This document shows positions 61,359 through 64,000 of a DNA stretch of 64,000 nucleotides, in pieces (position 1 is the stretch's first letter; each line of letters opens with the position of its first letter). The position numbers were made by a program, and so were the translations under genes. The DNA comes from an uncultured Bacteroidales bacterium (GTDB lineage: Bacteria > Bacteroidota > Bacteroidia > Bacteroidales > UBA4417), in the NCBI GenBank assembly GCA_903879715.1, contig CAIRMR010000189.1, positions 30,613 to 94,612 of the forward strand. Reading direction: 5' to 3'. Under the pieces are notes generated by a model, which did no database searches, was not told the origin of the DNA, and worked only from the letters and a program-made list of their open reading frames with translations.

Positions 61359-62651
61359 CTAAACAAGATCGTTGCTTAAGTTTTCAACCTGATTCCTTAT
61401 TTCTTTAAGAAATGCGGAAGCCGGGGCGCCGTCGAGTGCACGGTGATCGTATGTCAGCGACAGACCGATAACCGGAATAAAAGCTATGATTCCGTTTCCG
61501 ATATCAGCAGGACGATACGTGATGGTATTCACTCCAAGAATACCCGACTGTGGCAGGTTGATAACAGGAGTAAATAATTCAACACCATATGAACCTAAGT
61601 TCGATATTGTAAAACTGGCGTTTTCACTACGTAAGAGTTCAGGATCAACATTTCCTTTACGGCAATTTTCGGCCATTGCTTTCATTTGGGTAGCCAAAGC
61701 TTTTAGTTTCAGTTCATCAGCATTACGGATAACAGGAACCATCAGACCACGATCTGTATCAACAGCAATTCCAAGGTGAACTTTTTTAAATGTTTTGGTC
61801 CTGTCGCCAAGAAAATGTGAGTTTATGGCATGCATTTTTTCCAGTGCGCGAACGGTTGCGTAACAAACCAGGTCATTCAACGTAATATTAGGTATTTCGC
61901 CTTTTTCGGCCCTTACCTTATATATTGCACGAAGTTCGAGCAGTTTACGTGCATCGGCACTGGTATGGTGGGTAAGTTGAGCTGAATTTTGAAGGGAAGC
62001 ATGGATACCTTTTGCAATCAGTTTACGCATATTGCTCAGAGGGCTTTCAACGTAATCATCATTTGAAGTAATCGGTATAAAAGCCGGAATACTTGCAACT
62101 TGCACAGGTTTTACGGTGTTAACAGCGACAGGTTCAGCTTTCGGAACAATTACGGCAGCAGATTCAACATCCCTGACGATTATCCTTCCATTTGGACCGC
62201 TGCCTTGTAATCCCTGTAAAGAAATGCCATTTGCCTGGGCCATACACCTGGCGCGTGGCGAAATCCTGATTTTTGAATCAGATGGCGTATCAACAGTCAC
62301 AACATTTTGGCCTGGTGCAGGAAGATTCCCGGAATTTGTAGTTTCATCAGAAGGCGAAAGTTCTGCAACAGCAGGAGTTGAAGCAGAGGAACGAAAAGTT
62401 TCAACAGATTCACCTGCCTTGCCGATTACTGCAACATTAGCCAGAACAGGCACTTCATCGCCTTCCTCGTAAAAGATTTCCAGCAAAATGCCTGATACTT
62501 TGGCAATTTCATCGAAAGAAGCTTTATCTGTTTCATAGCAAAATAAAACATCCCCTTCTTCGACGATTTCACCCTTTTTCTTTTCCCACCTTGTAATGAT
62601 GCAGGATTCGACCGATTGCCCGAGCCGGGGCATAAATACAGCTTCAGCCAT
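61359..62651 (-). CDS. dihydrolipoamide acyltransferase (E2): lipoyl, E3-binding and catalytic domains
   Basis: Lipoyl domain with ETDKA, PSBD ISPRARCMAQANGISL..GSGPNGRI, and catalytic YDHRALDG. Confidence 0.9.
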   Translation of the reverse strand: MAEAVFMPRLGQSVESCIITRWEKKKGEIVEEGDVLFCYETDKASFDEIAKVSGILLEIFYEEGDEVPVLANVAVIGKAGESVETFRSSASTPAVAELSPSDETTNSGNLPAPGQNVVTVDTPSDSKIRISPRARCMAQANGISLQGLQGSGPNGRIIVRDVESAAVIVPKAEPVAVNTVKPVQVASIPAFIPITSNDDYVESPLSNMRKLIAKGIHASLQNSAQLTHHTSADARKLLELRAIYKVRAEKGEIPNITLNDLVCYATVRALEKMHAINSHFLGDRTKTFKKVHLGIAVDTDRGLMVPVIRNADELKLKALATQMKAMAENCRKGNVDPELLRSENASFTISNLGSYGVELFTPVINLPQSGILGVNTITYRPADIGNGIIAFIPVIGLSLTYDHRALDGAPASAFLKEIRNQVENLSNDLV

Positions 62652-62782
62652 GTTTTTAGAGATTAATTTGGATTACTAAAATGCTTCTAACTTGTAAACA
62701 TAAGATAAATCCGAATCAGATAATAAGTTTGGAAGTACCGGAATACCATTACGTTAAAAATATCTGTAAAATTATACATTAA

Positions 62783-62798
62783 ACTTGTATATACAAGT
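62783..62798. promoter_or_regulatory. perfect 16-bp palindrome ACTTGTATATACAAGT, a candidate GntR/HutC operator
   Basis: Self-complementary across all 16 positions. It fits the GT-Nx-AC architecture of GntR operators and lies in the divergent E2/gntR spacer, directly upstream of the -7 box at 62808. A 12/16 copy lies at 62690-62705. Confidence 0.55.
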
Positions 62799-62807
62799 AA
62801 TTATGAT

Positions 62808-62815
62808 TAATTTTG
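62808..62815 (+). promoter_or_regulatory. candidate -7 box TAATTTTG for the GntR gene
   Basis: Exact TAnnTTTG match 39 nt upstream of the ATG at 62854. Confidence 0.4.
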
Positions 62816-62853
62816 TAAGATTATTTTAAAAACCATTATTAATCCCTTAAACT

Positions 62854-63573
62854 ATGACTCTGCCAGCTCCGAAATTGCCGCATTACAGGAGACTTTATGA
62901 AATGCTCCGCAAGCAGATTATTGATGGTGTATTTACCGAAGATGATCTGCTTCCATCGGAAAATGAACTTTGTGCTATCCATGGGCTAACCCGACCGACA
63001 GTGAGGCATGCACTCGATGCGCTGGTTAATGAAGGTTTTATAGGAAAGCACCAGGGAAAGGGAAGTATTGTGCAAAAGCTGCCTAAAGGAATTGGAATTC
63101 TCTCCATTGCGGGTACCACATCAGCTCTCGGAGGGAAAAACCTGCGATCGGAGTTATTGGTTAAACCTTATGTGAAAGCATGGGATGATCCGTTCATGTT
63201 CAAACTTTCTGAAACCGAACTCAATTCAGGATGCATTCATATGGAGCGGATCCGGTATTATAATGATAAGCCGATATTTTATGATATCAATTTTATTCCC
63301 AATATTAATGTACCCCGTTTCACCTCCCGCTCATTTGAAAATAATTCGCTTTTCGATGTTCTTCGAAACGCGTACCAGGTTGAAATAAAAGGAGGAGAGC
63401 AGAAGATAAGAGCCATCGAGGCAAGTGCTACAATCTCGCAGCATCTGGCTGTAAAATCTGGTCATCCGGTGTTGCACCTCGAACGTAAATTCGATACCAA
63501 CAAGCCCGGTTTTTTTATTTACTCATCCATTTATTGTAATACAGAAGAACAGGCGGTTTACGGAATTTTTTAA
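62854..63573 (+). CDS. GntR-family (HutC subfamily, UTRA effector domain) transcriptional regulator
   Basis: LPSENELCAIHGLTRPTVRHALDALVNEGFI..HQGKGSIV winged helix, with a UTRA-length C-terminus. Confidence 0.9.
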   Translation: MTLPAPKLPHYRRLYEMLRKQIIDGVFTEDDLLPSENELCAIHGLTRPTVRHALDALVNEGFIGKHQGKGSIVQKLPKGIGILSIAGTTSALGGKNLRSELLVKPYVKAWDDPFMFKLSETELNSGCIHMERIRYYNDKPIFYDINFIPNINVPRFTSRSFENNSLFDVLRNAYQVEIKGGEQKIRAIEASATISQHLAVKSGHPVLHLERKFDTNKPGFFIYSSIYCNTEEQAVYGIF

Positions 63574-63680
63574 TCTTAATTAACGTAAAAACTTTTATCA
63601 GCCTTGAATCGCTAAGATCAATGATCAAAAACTAGTTTTTTGCATTAACACAAACAAACATACTAATCAATTTAACATCA

Positions 63681-64000
63681 ATGGCAAACGACACAATTTC
63701 AAAAGCGGCTGACAATATCCGGATTCTTTCGGCAGCAATGGTTGAAAAAGCAAAATCAGGGCATCCGGGCGGAGCCATGGGTGGTGCTGATTTCATAAAT
63801 ATCCTTTATACAGAGTTTCTCAGGTACGATCCTTCAAACATGAACTGGCATATGCGTGATCGCTTTTTCCTTGATCCCGGCCATATGTCGCCCATGCTGT
63901 ATTCTGTTTTAGCACTTTCAGGAAACTATAGTCTTGACGATCTTAAGAATTTCCGCCAATGGGGAAGTTGTACTCCGGGGCATCCCGAAGTTGATCCTGA
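63681..64000 (+). CDS. tkt: transketolase, N-terminal part (runs off the window edge)
   Basis: MANDTISKAADNIRILSAAMVEKAKSGHPGGAMGGADF..DRFFLDPGHMSPMLYS is a canonical Tkt N-terminus. Confidence 0.95.
   Translation, partial: MANDTISKAADNIRILSAAMVEKAKSGHPGGAMGGADFINILYTEFLRYDPSNMNWHMRDRFFLDPGHMSPMLYSVLALSGNYSLDDLKNFRQWGSCTPGHPEVDP

Noticed and set aside
63574-63680. A possible TPP riboswitch upstream of the transketolase or E1 genes.
   Set aside because: None of the conserved TPP-aptamer elements (such as the CUGAGA bulge) are present in the leaders.

Overview
This is a chromosomal segment that looks Bacteroidota-like. Supporting signs are TAnnTTTG -7 promoter boxes 20-40 nt upstream of several start codons, a TonB-dependent receptor with a CarboxypepD_reg-type N-terminus, a CBM9/DUF5916-type barrel protein, many lipoprotein or Sec/Tat signal peptides, and numerous AraC regulators. 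I saw no rRNA, tRNA, CRISPR array, transposase or integrase. The window has three blocks. (1) A ~26 kb block, all on the minus strand (1638-26915), looks like an alpha-L-rhamnoside utilisation locus. It carries DUF5916, a TBDR, an esterase, a GH106-like protein, GH3, GH78, a frameshifted CE1 esterase, GH1, a tandem class II aldolase, rhaA, rhaT and a GT1 glycosyltransferase. Paralogous AraC regulators lie upstream, there is no SusC/SusD pair, and there is no kinase. (2) 29.7-48.8 kb is an island of mostly exported redox and hydrolase proteins: aldo/keto reductases with Tat signals, a type B carboxylesterase, alpha/beta hydrolases, cupin, CMD-ABM, NTF2-like proteins, MdaB and an MBL-fold protein. 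It also carries AraC and Crp regulators and several decayed gene remnants. (3) 49-64 kb holds the most unusual content, a sugar catabolic locus. It combines an FGGY kinase, a PHP-like HxH protein of unknown role, a class II aldolase-SDR fusion, an FSA-type aldolase and two tandem transaldolases, one of which lacks the catalytic Glu. It also encodes a polyol dehydrogenase, a fused acetoin/pyruvate-type E1 alpha-beta with an E2 but no E3, a GntR regulator with a perfect palindromic operator candidate, and a transketolase. I propose this third block as the best candidate for an undescribed pathway. All functional calls rest on motif recognition by eye, not on database searches.
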